This document shows positions 43,501 through 53,600 of a stretch of DNA of 64,000 nt, one piece after another. Numbering within the stretch: the first letter of the stretch is position 1; every line of letters starts with the position of its first letter. The notes under the pieces were generated by a model that was not told the DNA's origin, ran no database searches, and was given only the letters and a program-made list of their open reading frames with translations. The DNA comes from Glaucostegus cemiculus. Its lineage: Eukaryota. The position numbers and the translations under genes were made by a program. The DNA lies in assembly GCA_976551045.1 (NCBI GenBank), contig CDPCPM010000323.1, forward strand, positions 3,038,001-3,102,000, read 5' to 3'.

Positions 43501-46500
43501 CTGACAAATCATATGTTACTGCATGCTGTAGGTATCATATTTCTGATAAAGGCTGCACTGCATTCAGTGTAAATAACAGTGTCCCTGCCTTAATACTTTC
43601 CCTTTCACTTGTTGCAATGAAATGGCCAGGATTATAAGGTCAAATGCTTATCAGTTGTGGTAAATACCTGAATGTTATCACTTCTGGAAATGTGCTGAGG
43701 ATATTTTCACAATAAGGCTAATGAATCTTGGATGTACGGTGGGGGGGGAGGTGGGTGAACATTTCAGTACAGTCTAGTTGTGCAGTTAGATGTAAAGGAA
43801 CAGTTTCAATTCCTTTGATTTTGTTCTTGTAGCTGGACATTATTATCCTTTGTATGCTGTAGATTTGAAGAATAAAGAAAAACACAGCTCCAGTGAGTAA
43901 TGCATAATTCTCCCGCAGCCTGGAAATATTTCACTATTCAGTTTCATCCAGACTTCAGAATATTCTGCATATTATTTAGGTAGTATACTGTCCAAAGGTG
44001 TTCAGAAAATAATTAGTTTATAATTGTGTTTCAAGATAATACAACCACCTTGGTTTACAGTGACTTTCTAAAGTGTTCAAAAAGTACTGCACTTCTAGAC
44101 TCCTGACTTCTAAAACACTGGCAAGGAAAGCAACCAGATGGGAAGCCACCACTCCCCAACAAGTTCCTTTCTACATCACTCACTGTATTGACAAATGAAT
44201 ATTGCCATTCCTTCATCTTCACTGGGTTTAAGTACTGGAATTCTCCACCCTACAACATATTACCAATGTTTCATCATAGTTGGGTGGATTGGTACATTGT
44301 TGAAGAAACATAAAGAGTGATCATTATAAACCCAATAACAAGTTCTGTCTGGTGAACTGTAGAGTTCTAGTCTCCTTGACTAGAAAAAAACCAGACAAAT
44401 ACATAATCCCTGGTGTGTTTTAGGATAGGTCAAATTTTCACAAGATTTTTGCACCTAATGAATGTGGATTCTTAGGCAGTTTTTAATCATAAATGAACCT
44501 TCTGGGTTTTTGTTTTGAATTGGTAGCTTTTACTGATGTTAGTTCAGACCGTGCATTCCTGACTGCTCAGACTGACTCATGCTGAAAGGTGAATGGCAAC
44601 TGGTTGTTATGACAGTTGTATAGCTGATAATTGGGAGTTCACCAGTGGAAAACAGATTTGTATTTTAAATTGTTTTAACATTTAAAAAAAAAGAGAAAAT
44701 TTAGTAAAGGCTCCAATTGTAGATTTTCAGAATTTGACTTTTTTTTAATTGATGAACCGACATGTTTAAGCAGATAGATATTTTCGTGAAACTTGATTAA
44801 ACAGTTTGCCTTCCACGATTGAATATTAGAGGCTATTGGTATAGCAAGATACAATATCTGGGCAGGAAAAACAGGGAAAGCCAGGTTTACCACTGCAAGT
44901 GTTTGTTTTATTAGATACATTATTGATCGTGCTAGACTACCTAGGCAGTTCTTATTGCAAAAAGATGAGTAGCCTTCACATTTTATAACTATTTTGCAAG
45001 GCATGTAATAATGTAAAACGCAACTGCATTACACAAGAAAAATAGGTAATCTGTGTACTTGGATAGAACCATCTGAGGGATTCAGTGTTTTGTTTTACAA
45101 CATACTAAAATATTAGCAGTCAGTTAAATTATTTGACGTTTAAACTGATAACACTTCGCTTCTCTAATATGTTGATCATTTTGTGGTAACAGCTCTTTTT
45201 GAAGGTTCATTTTAATTCTTATTATGTGCAACATAATGTTTTATAGGAAATAATTGATTATATTATATATATGAGAAATGGATAGTTAAGGTCCATCAGA
45301 TTCATAGTCTTCAGTTATCATCTTTTAGTATTTTTCCTGGGAATTTTCTAGTTGCACATTTGAAAGTTTGAACAAGATCTGATTTGGTATTGTCAAAAAA
45401 AAAAGCTTTTTGGTGACATTTTCACTTAATTTTCTTCAAGATATTTAATAATAAAATTTGGGCTCTTCAGTATTTTGGTGTTATAGAAGGCAAGAGAAAA
45501 TGCTCTACACCATTGCAAAGCTAAGTCTACAGCCAAATTTTCAGTTTGAATCTTGTTTATTATGTGGGGCAAAATCTAGAGTAAAAATTTTAAACAATTA
45601 AAATTGATATAAATAGAAAACCAAGGATCCTGTAAAAGTGCAGAAAGGGTGGGGGTGCCATCTTCCTTCTTTCCTATCTACCCTTTATTAATATAAATTA
45701 CCAAGGCTGAAAAAAGTCTGTAATTAACTCCTTGCAATATCTTGTAATATTATTGATTTATTTATTTGCAATATCATGTTTTGGAAAACTCAGTTACATG
45801 GTCAACTTATCTTTGCAGGAAGTACACTGCCATTACATCCTTTGAACTGTGTCAAAACTATCGGAATGATTTCAATGCAGAGTACAACGAATATAGAGAT
45901 CTTCACACAAGAATTGGAAATATAACACAACAGTTCATGCAACTGGGTTCAAAGATCAAAACACTTAGCCCTGGAACAGAGGAATATAAGGTAAGGGATT
46001 GCATGTTTGACCAGCAAAGGATATTGCTTTCTGCTCTTCCTTGCTATTCTTCCCTCCTTTGACTTTCTGCTGATTCTGAATGACTATGCAGTAAAATTCA
46101 CTGGTGGCATAGAGCAGCTGAAATGGTAGGGCTGGAAAATGAGGTACACTGCATACTTAAGTTTTGATGTGTTTTGTGTCTTTCTAATTATTAAATACCC
46201 TTGTAACACTAACCTACTTCTACACAAGTGTAAGTATGGTAAATTAGTAGACGTGCTGTGTTTAAATCATTGAAGTGAGGAGTGACATAATTAAATATAT
46301 TCAGCTACTTTCACAGCTGACTTGCACCAAAACAATTCAAGCAAGATAAAGAACAACATAATTAAATGTTTACTATACACCTTGTCAATGTAATTATTAA
46401 AAAATAAAAATGGAAGCTGACCAGAAAATGCTGAATCAGTTTGACAGTTTTTATAATGCCATGATGATATATCGTATTTGTCTGAAATTATTTATTATTA

Positions 46501-49500
46501 CAAAGTAACCATCAATCCTGCAATTTCTTTTGATTACTCCAACCCAGCCTTTAGCTGTTCTGAATTTCTTTACTTAGAAATCTGGATAACATTTAGTTCA
46601 ACTGAGCAGTAAGTAGAATACTATATAGCAATGCTGAAACAAAGGTGTTCTTTCTAGGAAAACACAAAAGTTTGAGAAATAAACAGTAGTGGGAGCCCAT
46701 GGTGAGTGCCGCCATTTGGCCACACTGTATGGGGAAGCCAAAGGCCATCTAAGTACTGCAGCTACCATAGGCTGAGATCAGTTGATACGACATAGTCTGT
46801 GGGCATTTGTGGAAGTTTCTCAATGTCTGCAGTGATGGCTGGGTTGACATTATTTCATCACTCTTAATTTGAACCATATGTGGTTTCAACGAGCAATAAC
46901 GGTAAATCTGGAAAAAAAATCACATTTTTAGCATAGCAAAATGCCCCCGTGCATTTATCAAAGAAAAAAAGCACATGCAAGCCAGGTGAGGAATTTAGAA
47001 CAGGTGACCAAAAGCTTGGTTAGTGAGACAGGCTTAAGGAATGTTTAGAGGAAGTGGGAAAGGTGGAGAGATCTAGGAAGGAATTTCAGAGGTTAAGCAG
47101 CTGAAGCCATAACCACCATCTCTGGAGTGACTGAGTTTAGAGATGATTAAGAGAAACAGTTGGAAGGGCATCAATATCTTAGAGGATGGTGTGAGGAGGT
47201 CATAGTTATTGGAAGCAATGAGGTCATAGAGGGATTTGAAAATATGGGGAAGAATTTTGGAATTGAGATGCTGCGTGATTGGGAATCAAAAAAAAGGTGG
47301 ATGTGAGTTGAGACCTGGGTTGCAGAGTTTTGGATGACAGAAGTACTTTGGAAAGAGGTAACAAAGGTGTGGATGTGAGTTGACAGTGAAGTTATTGAGA
47401 TGGAAGTATACAGTCTTATTGATGAACTGGATATATGTTCCAAGTTTAATCTCTGTCATATGTGATGTCAAGGCCACAAACAACTTGCTTTGGTTTGAGG
47501 CAGTTGGCAAAGAAAAAGATGAAGATGGTGGCTAGAGAATGAAATTTGTTGAGAGGGTTGAAAAGACTGACTTGATTTCCCCAAAGGAAATTTCTCTTCA
47601 TCCAATACTGGATTCAAGTGAGAAGAGAGATAATTCTGTGGCAATAAAAGGGGTAAAAAAGGTAATGGTAAGGGTAGCACTGTCTGGCATTGCATGTGTG
47701 GTAACTAATAGTTTTCAGATGATGTCACCAAGAAGCGCCATGTCAATAATAATTCCAAAGACCTAGAATAGGTCTTGGGGCACAAAAGAGGTAATAGGTG
47801 GGGTTGAAAAAGAAACCATAGCAGCTGATTCACTGGCTACTTGGAGAGGTGAGAAAAGAAAAACAAATATCTAATTGGATAACAAAGAATATATCCTCTT
47901 GAGTTTCTATGGACTCGTGTAGAATTTAAATGTATGCTCTCACTACTTTGTACAAACCAGGTTTCATGTTCTAGTTTAGGATTTGTCTACAAATGAGGAA
48001 TCGTGTTTAAGAACAGCCCTTTCTAAATATCTGGGCCTACAGATTGCAAACAGGGCAAACTAGCAGATAAAGAACATAAGCACAAAAGTGGGGCTGAAGG
48101 GCTTGTACCTCAGAACCAGACTGCCAGAAGATGTTGGATAAATGTGACCAGACCACACACAGGATGAACAACTTTCCTTAAGTATTGCCATATTGAGTTT
48201 AATAGTACTTCTATCTTGGAAAAGAACCTTGTTGTGTCCCTTGAATTGAATTCTGCTGTTTTAATTATGTAATAACTTTTAGGAACAAAACTAACCCAAG
48301 TTGACCATGTATTTCTCATAAGTTCTTATGAGAATGCTAGTTTAAACATTATCTTGACTTAGAAATTCTTCAGCACCTAAGATGATGTGTTAAACAATGC
48401 AGGAATTTGTATTAGGATTGTGCACATCACCCCCAGCAGTGGTATTCCATTGAGGAAGAGGCCCATGGTAACATGCATTATGGAAAGGCCTTCCACATGA
48501 AAATGTGCACAAAGGTATATCAACTGTTACTTCCGCATTAGTGGAGGAAAACTTGTGTCAAAGAGTTCGAGAGATGGTTGTGAGAGCACCAGTGAAGAAC
48601 GTAGGCAGGATTACTTGGGAGTAGAAGGTGGCGATCATCTGGGTTCTGGAACATTGGGGTCTGGGTAATTAGAGGCCAGAGATGTATTTGTGTGGTGATG
48701 GAGCATGTTGTAGAAGCACTTGTGTTGCAGTCAACTCTTTTTAAGACCTACTCTTTGGTTAATAGCTCAAGCTGTGCACAAGCCTCTGATGCACAAGTAA
48801 ATTCTGCATAAGCAGCATCATTTTCTGCATCCCATCCCATTTGACATTAGAGTGCACAAACCTACGCCTATGCTCGTGGGCATCATATCTTTGGAAAGGC
48901 TACAACATATTCTTAAAACTGCTAACCATGCACAAAGAACAAGATTTCATTGAGCAGGTCAATTTTGGAATCAGATTCATGTTTAGGCTTAATATTTTGC
49001 ACATAAAATAATTTCTAACCCCTTGTATCTTAAATAAATTTGGTAAAATGCAAAAATAGATAATTATTCAAGTTAATAGTGTAAGAAAAGAATATTTAAT
49101 TTTTATTATAATCTGTGCTTATATGTACTATGATATGTGCCCTTTGAAGTGCTTGAAAAGTCATTTTAAAATCTCAGTTAAGCAAACTTCAGCCTTATGA
49201 ATTCATAATGCAAAATGGAAAAGAATTATTTTTGTACTTTACTGGTCTTTTAAGAGTTCCTATGATCAATTGATGGTAAAATAAAATTGACCAAGTTCTT
49301 AAATTTATATTATATTTCAGATGGCAGAGGATCAAATATTTGAGGAATATAGGAAATTTAAAAAGGTAGGTAATTTTTCAGAATTTGCAGAGGTTTACTG
49401 TTTGACAGATTTTTTATGGTAAATTGGAATCTGTTTTATGTCATCAATCAACATTACAAGCATCTGGTAACCATAAATTTATTTTCTTGCTGGTTTCTTA

Positions 49501-50612
49501 AACTTTGAATTAGAAGAAGGCTATTAACTCCTTCAGAGAACCACAAAACAATTAAGTTAGTATGTGCCTGGCAATGTTGTGCTGTGGTTATTTTAAAGTT
49601 GATTGTATTATTGTTATTAAATAAAAACAAAAATGCAGGCAGAACTCAGCAGGCCAGGCAGCACCTGTGGAGAGAGAAAGAAAGTTAATGTTTCAACTTA
49701 ACAACCCTTCATCAGAGCTGGAAAAGTGAAAGAACAAATGTGTTTTAAGTTGTAGAGTTGAGAGAACAAAGGGGATGTCTATAGTGGGATGGAGACAAAG
49801 GGAAAAATGCTAGATAATTAAACCTGCTCTGTGTGGAAGAGTGTAAACAGGAAGATGAATAAGGGCAGTTTGAGAAAGGGAAAATCAAAACAAGCTGGAG
49901 CTGAGTGGGGCAGAGCAGCTGCAAGAAATCTGAAATTTAAAAAAAACGATGCTGGAAACAGTCAGCAGATCAAGGTAGCATCTGTGGAAAGAAAAAATCT
50001 GAGTTCACTTTACAGGTAAATACCCTGTAACAGTTTACTGGTACTCATACTTGTAATGTTACAGGCATTACAATGACCTGATTTTACACAGATCTGTTAG
50101 CGCTCTTTTGTTTATCATGTACTTGCTTTACTGTTCTTAATTTTGGGTAGATTTCTTCCCATGCTTCTGTCTTCAGTTTTATAGTCCAGTTCTGATTTAT
50201 TCAATACCTTAGCATACAAAACAGGATTTCTTCGTCCTCATTTCCAAATCACTGTAGTTATCAATATTCTTGTCAAGTTGCACTGGTTCAAGAAGCCTTC
50301 TGAATTAAATACAAGGATAACTGCAAATACCTTCAAAGTAGCTTTGGGTTTTCCATCCTTCTCTGGATCTCTCCTCATTTTGAGATTAGATAGTAGGGAC
50401 TTTAGGCACTGATTCACATAAGGTGTTGTTCATAATTTGGGTAATTAAACATGTGGTTGACAGTTTTGTAAAATGGATGTTATTTTTTTCCCTGTTTGGA
50501 ATAGGCTCATCCTAGTTATCAGGAAGAGAAGGTTCGTTGTGAGTATCTGCACCGAAAGCTATCTCACATCAAACAGCTGATTCTAGAATATGATCAGAAC
50601 AACATGCCATGA
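10406..50612 (+). CDS. ELL2-like: ELL-family RNA polymerase II elongation factor (ELL2-like), 5'-partial spliced CDS: join(10406..10533,18442..18605,19691..19956,26348..26472,35160..35274,38700..39201,40313..40376,45819..45990,49321..49365,50505..50612)
   Basis: Ten GT-AG exons join into one open frame of 1689 nt. It has the ELL N-terminal domain motifs ([54 protein letters not shown]), a Lys-rich segment and an occludin/ELL C-terminal domain (PDYLLKY...[12 protein letters not shown]...[16 protein letters not shown]). The paralogue is not resolved. Confidence 0.95.
10596..11008. mobile_element. Non-autonomous Tc1/mariner-pogo (Tigger-like) MITE
   Basis: Terminal inverted repeats CAGGCATTCCCCAGGTTACA and CGTAACCTGGGGAGGATCTG share the 12-bp core TCCCCAGGTTAC. 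TA flanks both ends (10594-95, 11009-10). Confidence 0.8.
11630..11810 (+). repeat. Penelope-like terminal-repeat-derived element
   Basis: Contains gaagggttctgaactgaaatgttgactg...gatgctgcctggcctgctgag. Reverse-complement match to 27330-27500. Confidence 0.7.
13210..13520 (+). repeat. Old SINE-like interspersed repeat
   Basis: Contains aaaacccatctggttcaccaatgtcctt, with a reverse-complement copy at about 61480-61600. Family not identified. Confidence 0.55.
16060..16400 (-). mobile_element. Old L2-like LINE fragment
   Basis: Purine-rich degenerate segment similar in style to the 20270 and 46930 fragments. Weak. Confidence 0.4.
17021..17312 (-). mobile_element. V-SINE with alternative tail (…atgtgactaataaag), type B
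   Basis: Same head and V-domain as type A but a different 3' part, shared with the copies at 20045 and 23556. Confidence 0.88.
18442..18605 (+). CDS. ELL2-like: ELL-like exon (exon 4 equivalent)
   Basis: ccag|...G|gtaaaa. Reads [54 protein letters not shown]. 164 nt, phase 2 to 1. Confidence 0.95.
19691..19956 (+). CDS. ELL2-like: ELL-like exon (exon 5 equivalent)
   Basis: tttcctag|...CAG|gtgaga. Reads TRKPISVRK...PMNP...[46 protein letters not shown], inside track ORF 19636..20028. 266 nt. Confidence 0.96.
20045..20257 (-). mobile_element. V-SINE type B, 5'-truncated
   Basis: Matches the 17021 and 23556 copies but stops before the tRNA head. Confidence 0.85.
20270..20680 (-). mobile_element. 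L2-type LINE ORF2 C-terminal remnant
   Basis: Minus-strand translation [17 protein letters not shown] resembles L2 SPITPVLADLHWLPV. Confidence 0.6.
23556..23850 (-). mobile_element. V-SINE type B, full length
   Basis: Tail, V-domain and tRNA head all present; matches the 17021 copy. Confidence 0.88.
26001..26245 (-). mobile_element. V-SINE type A
   Basis: CpG-rich young copy, near-identical to the 8385 and 63151 copies. Confidence 0.88.
26348..26472 (+). CDS. ELL2-like: ELL-like exon (exon 6 equivalent)
   Basis: cacag|...AG|gtagat. Reads [41 protein letters not shown]. 125 nt. Confidence 0.95.
26640..27270 (+). mobile_element. Ancient LINE 3' fragment (CR1-clade-like)
   Basis: The motif acattgccattcctt...ctgggt...ggaattc recurs at 44200-44245, and related sequence lies inverted at about 59400-59750. 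Confidence 0.5.
27297..27610 (-). repeat. Penelope-like terminal-repeat-derived element
   Basis: Contains ctgcagatgctggaatct...gaactcagcaggccgggcagcat...gggtcgggacccttc. Inverted copy of 11630-11810. Confidence 0.72.
27770..28520 (+). mobile_element. Highly degenerate CR1 fragment
   Basis: Contains gaaatgaggggtaatttcttcacaa and agatcagccatgat, parallel to 6950-7680. Confidence 0.6.
35160..35274 (+). CDS. ELL2-like: ELL-like exon (exon 7 equivalent, Ser/Pro-rich linker)
   Basis: ccttatag|...TTG|gtaaga. Reads (R)[38 protein letters not shown]; RKLQPS matches ELL2 RKLNPS. Phase 2 to 0 fits both neighbours. Confidence 0.88.
36325..38030 (-). mobile_element. Compound CR1 LINE fragments (two pieces covering the RT region)
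   Basis: Minus-strand translations include [11 protein letters not shown]...LQQDLNQL...W...QMEFD and FADDTKIGG...[10 protein letters not shown], plus [10 protein letters not shown]. The RT 3' region occurs twice. Confidence 0.9.
38700..39201 (+). CDS. ELL2-like: ELL-like exon (exon 8 equivalent, central region with Lys-rich segment)
   Basis: tttcag|...G|gtaatg. Reads KRSVPSEQ...LNGHL...[14 protein letters not shown] (track ORF 38709..39218). 502 nt, phase 0 to 1. Confidence 0.93.
40313..40376 (+). CDS. ELL2-like: ELL-like exon (exon 9 equivalent)
   Basis: ctacag|...TT|gtgagt. Reads (E)[20 protein letters not shown](L), matching ELL2 ELPDYL. 64 nt. Confidence 0.92.
41620..41760 (+). mobile_element. 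LINE 3'-tail fragment (Rex/Babar-like, ends in aataaaccaataccaa)
   Basis: Reverse-complement match to 59995-60185. Clade assignment is inference. Confidence 0.65.
42615..42830 (+). mobile_element. Old degenerate V-SINE
   Basis: Contains tgcatgggtttcc...ggtgctccagtctcctcacacatcc, the V-domain in sense orientation. Confidence 0.6.
42835..43335 (+). mobile_element. CR1 LINE 3' fragment
   Basis: [27 protein letters not shown]...[13 protein letters not shown]...[14 protein letters not shown], with tail ttctatgttcta. Confidence 0.9.
45819..45990 (+). CDS. ELL2-like: ELL-like exon (exon 10 equivalent, occludin/ELL domain)
   Basis: ttgcag|...AAG|gtaagg. Reads [57 protein letters not shown]. 172 nt. 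Confidence 0.96.
46930..47880 (-). mobile_element. Ancient L2-type LINE fragment
   Basis: Minus-strand HTFVTS...VIQNSATQV resembles L2 HAFVTSRLDY...LIQNSAAR. Confidence 0.55.
49321..49365 (+). CDS. ELL2-like: ELL-like exon (exon 11 equivalent)
   Basis: tttcag|...AAG|gtaggt. Reads [15 protein letters not shown]. 45 nt, phase 0 to 0. Confidence 0.92.
49622..50015 (-). repeat. Penelope-like terminal-repeat-derived element (two partial units)
   Basis: Contains gaactcagcaggccaggcagcacctgtggagagagaa...cccttcatcagag; a second unit gatgctggaaa...gcatctgtggaaag starts at about 49948. Confidence 0.65.
50505..50612 (+). CDS. ELL2-like: ELL-like terminal coding exon (exon 12 equivalent)
   Basis: aatag| then [35 protein letters not shown] with a tandem TGATGA stop. 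Confidence 0.96.
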   Translation, partial: AHPSYQEEKVRCEYLHRKLSHIKQLILEYDQNNMP

Positions 50613-53600
50613 TGATTTACACTGCCAAGAGCTTCCCTGTTTGAAATTTTAAGACCAACTAGTTGCTTCTAGACACAAACGAGAACTTGAAGTTCTAAAA
50701 ACTAGCTTTAAGGAGAGTTTTTTTTTCTAATTTTTAAGAAGAAATCTTCTGACCTTTGCAGTTTGACCATTACTGGAATAAAATCTGTCAATGAAGGACT
50801 GAGTTTTATCAGTGCTGGCAACAAATTTTGACTACCTGTGACATATAGCAGTTTGAACTGAGCCATAAACTGCATGTCTTTTATATATATTTTTTGCAAT
50901 GTATATATGTACTGCATAAAACAAAAAAAATCAAGTAATGTTGTTGTATCTTGGAAAATATTTATCTTCTCTTTTAAGATGCCTTAAAATGAGTTCAAAA
51001 CCAGAAAACTTAAGTCTGCCATGCATTTCTATGGGGCCAATATTTAGAGTACAATTTATGTTCACGCATTCACTGTTTTGATTAAAATTTCCTATATTAA
51101 TAGCTTTAGGCAACACCATTGTGATATTTAACACAAAACTACCAGTTTCATCAATAATATTGCCTTAAATTGTTTTTGTTTCCTTGAGATTAACACTAGT
51201 GTAAATTTTCTAGAGAATTTTGCTTTTGCCTTAGTTTGCTGATAAACTAGCCAGAAAGGGTTTATCTGATCCAAGACTATACAAGTATGTGAAGTAATGT
51301 ATTTTAAGAATAATATATTCATCCAAGATTGCTTAAAAATCTTATACAAGAAGAAACAAAATAGTGAATGTGTTCCAGATGCACCATATTCACATTTTTC
51401 CCAATATAGATTTTTTTCCTAAAGTTATATTTTTCAACATTCTCAGAAAAAAATGTGAGCGTTTTATAATTCATTTGTGGGGAAAAAAAGTTAAAGCCAG
51501 ATTTGGTAAAATTTCTTTGCAGAGGATATTGTGTAATCTTGGGATTGTATGGCTGGTGCACACTGTGTTTGATGTAGAATTTTCTGTCTGTCTTTGCTCT
51601 GTGGAAACACACTTGGATATTATCTGTACCAATTTAATGCATCAGTCTACAAGCTGAATCTGTGTACAAAATAATTTATTGCTCAATTGTTTTGCTTTTT
51701 TTGCACAATCAAAACAGGATGATTTTTAAATTGTTAGGTGACTTGAGCTAAGTATAGAAATGGAATAAAAGGTAACAGTGGTGTTTATATTTGACGGATG
51801 TGCACTGTCTATAGGGAAATATGTACTATCTGTATAATTCTAAAACACTGGTGAAGTTCTGGATCTTCCCTCTCAACATAGCCTGTGCTTTGGTTGAATC
51901 CACTTCTACTGTCAGTATACTGCATATTATGTACACTCACAGTATAAAATACTTTGGTTACCTATTCATTAGTCTGTATAGTGATATGATCATACAGTAC
52001 CCATACTGCTTGAACTGTATGTATATGGATGAATAATCTGTGTTCATCATATCACTGAAACCTTACATTCACACCAGTTATTCAGAGCCATTCTAATGCT
52101 GTTCTATAAATTGCATATTGACGTTACAGTCCGTCTGAAATGAAAGCATTTTTGGAATTTTGTTTACCTTGCTGCTGATGCTACACAGGTATGATTATCA
52201 AAGATCTTGCAATCTCTGGTGAAAAGCGTGGAATAACTAAATCATGTGCAAATATTTGCTTGTTGTGATAGAGCAGGATTCCATGCTATGGTTGCATGCT
52301 ATTTTAGGTCCTGCTCTTCCCATTTGCAGCCCCCACTAACTTTTAGGTATCCACATTTACAAGTTTTGTATTGTTTCTTTGATATGATTAGTGTGTTCCG
52401 TATTCTCAGAATATTACAGGTAACTATTTCTGAAGGCTTCTGTTAACTAATTTGGCTTCCTGTATAATTTATAAACTAAGTTTTACAGTAGGAGGTTCAG
52501 GTAGACTTAAATGGTGTAGAAGTTGATACAAATGGCTGAATAAATGTTGTTGCTTGGACATGTGAGCTAGTTGCATCCATGTAACAAACCCCCATGTGTA
52601 GATGCCACTGACTTTTTTTTGACTCTGATCGTGATAATACTAATTTTCAGTTATTCTCAGCTCTGCAGTTGCCTTACCACAGCATCAAGTAGCTATCATT
52701 CTTTAATTTATTATTAGCCTCATCATTTTTCCTTTGCTCTCCTCTCTTGCCACATTTGCACCTAATTTTAAATGCCCAAATGTATACCTTAAATGGTGTT
52801 TCAGCTGCACAGTTCTGATCCGAGAACATCATCATAGTGCTGAAGCAAAAAGAACACAATGGAAACAATCAGCCCCTGCCTAAGATTATATGGAATTGAG
52901 GGATGTGGAACCCAAAACACACAACTCCAAGGCATGTGCTTTCTCAACTGATGTGCCTGACTTACTGAGTTTTGCCAGCATTTGCAATATTTGTTTAATT
53001 GTTTGAAAAACCCAAATGTTATTTGTTTAAAATATTGTACAGAGACAGAGTTAACTGCAGAAAACAATTTGAAAAGCATATTTTTAGACCTTGATATCCA
53101 TATTTATCCAGAGCTTTTTTTTAAAGATGCTAGTTTGACTTTAAAAAGTATACTTGAGGATCTGGAATTTCATATCGCACTGAAAACTTCTGTTGAAGTA
53201 ATTAGCAACAAAAAGCCATAGTCAAAGTCTACTTCCAGAACTTCCTTAGGTGAAGAAATTTATACCACATTACTTACAAATCAACCTTTGTTCATTTGCT
53301 TTCTCAAGTTCCAGCTTTAAATATTGTATGGTGAAAACTGATATTTCCATATTAATTTGTAGTACATGTGAAGAATAATCTAGTTCTCCCAGCAGCATTG
53401 CAGCTGTAGCTTGCCATTTCTTCCGGTGAAGAACTAGCTCCATGGATTATATTTTCTATGTCCTTAGAAATGTCACTATAGCTTGTTTAAGAACCTTTTC
53501 TCTTTACTAGCGTTAACAAAAGTAACTTGTGCCAAACAATAACTTCACACATGACATAATGCAGCTAAAATCTAATTTACTCCTTTAAATTGTTTAATTT

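Noticed and set aside
48313-48334. Inverted repeat ttctcataag-tt-cttatgagaa
   Set aside because: Short (10-bp arms) and AT-rich with no supporting context; could be chance or local slippage.
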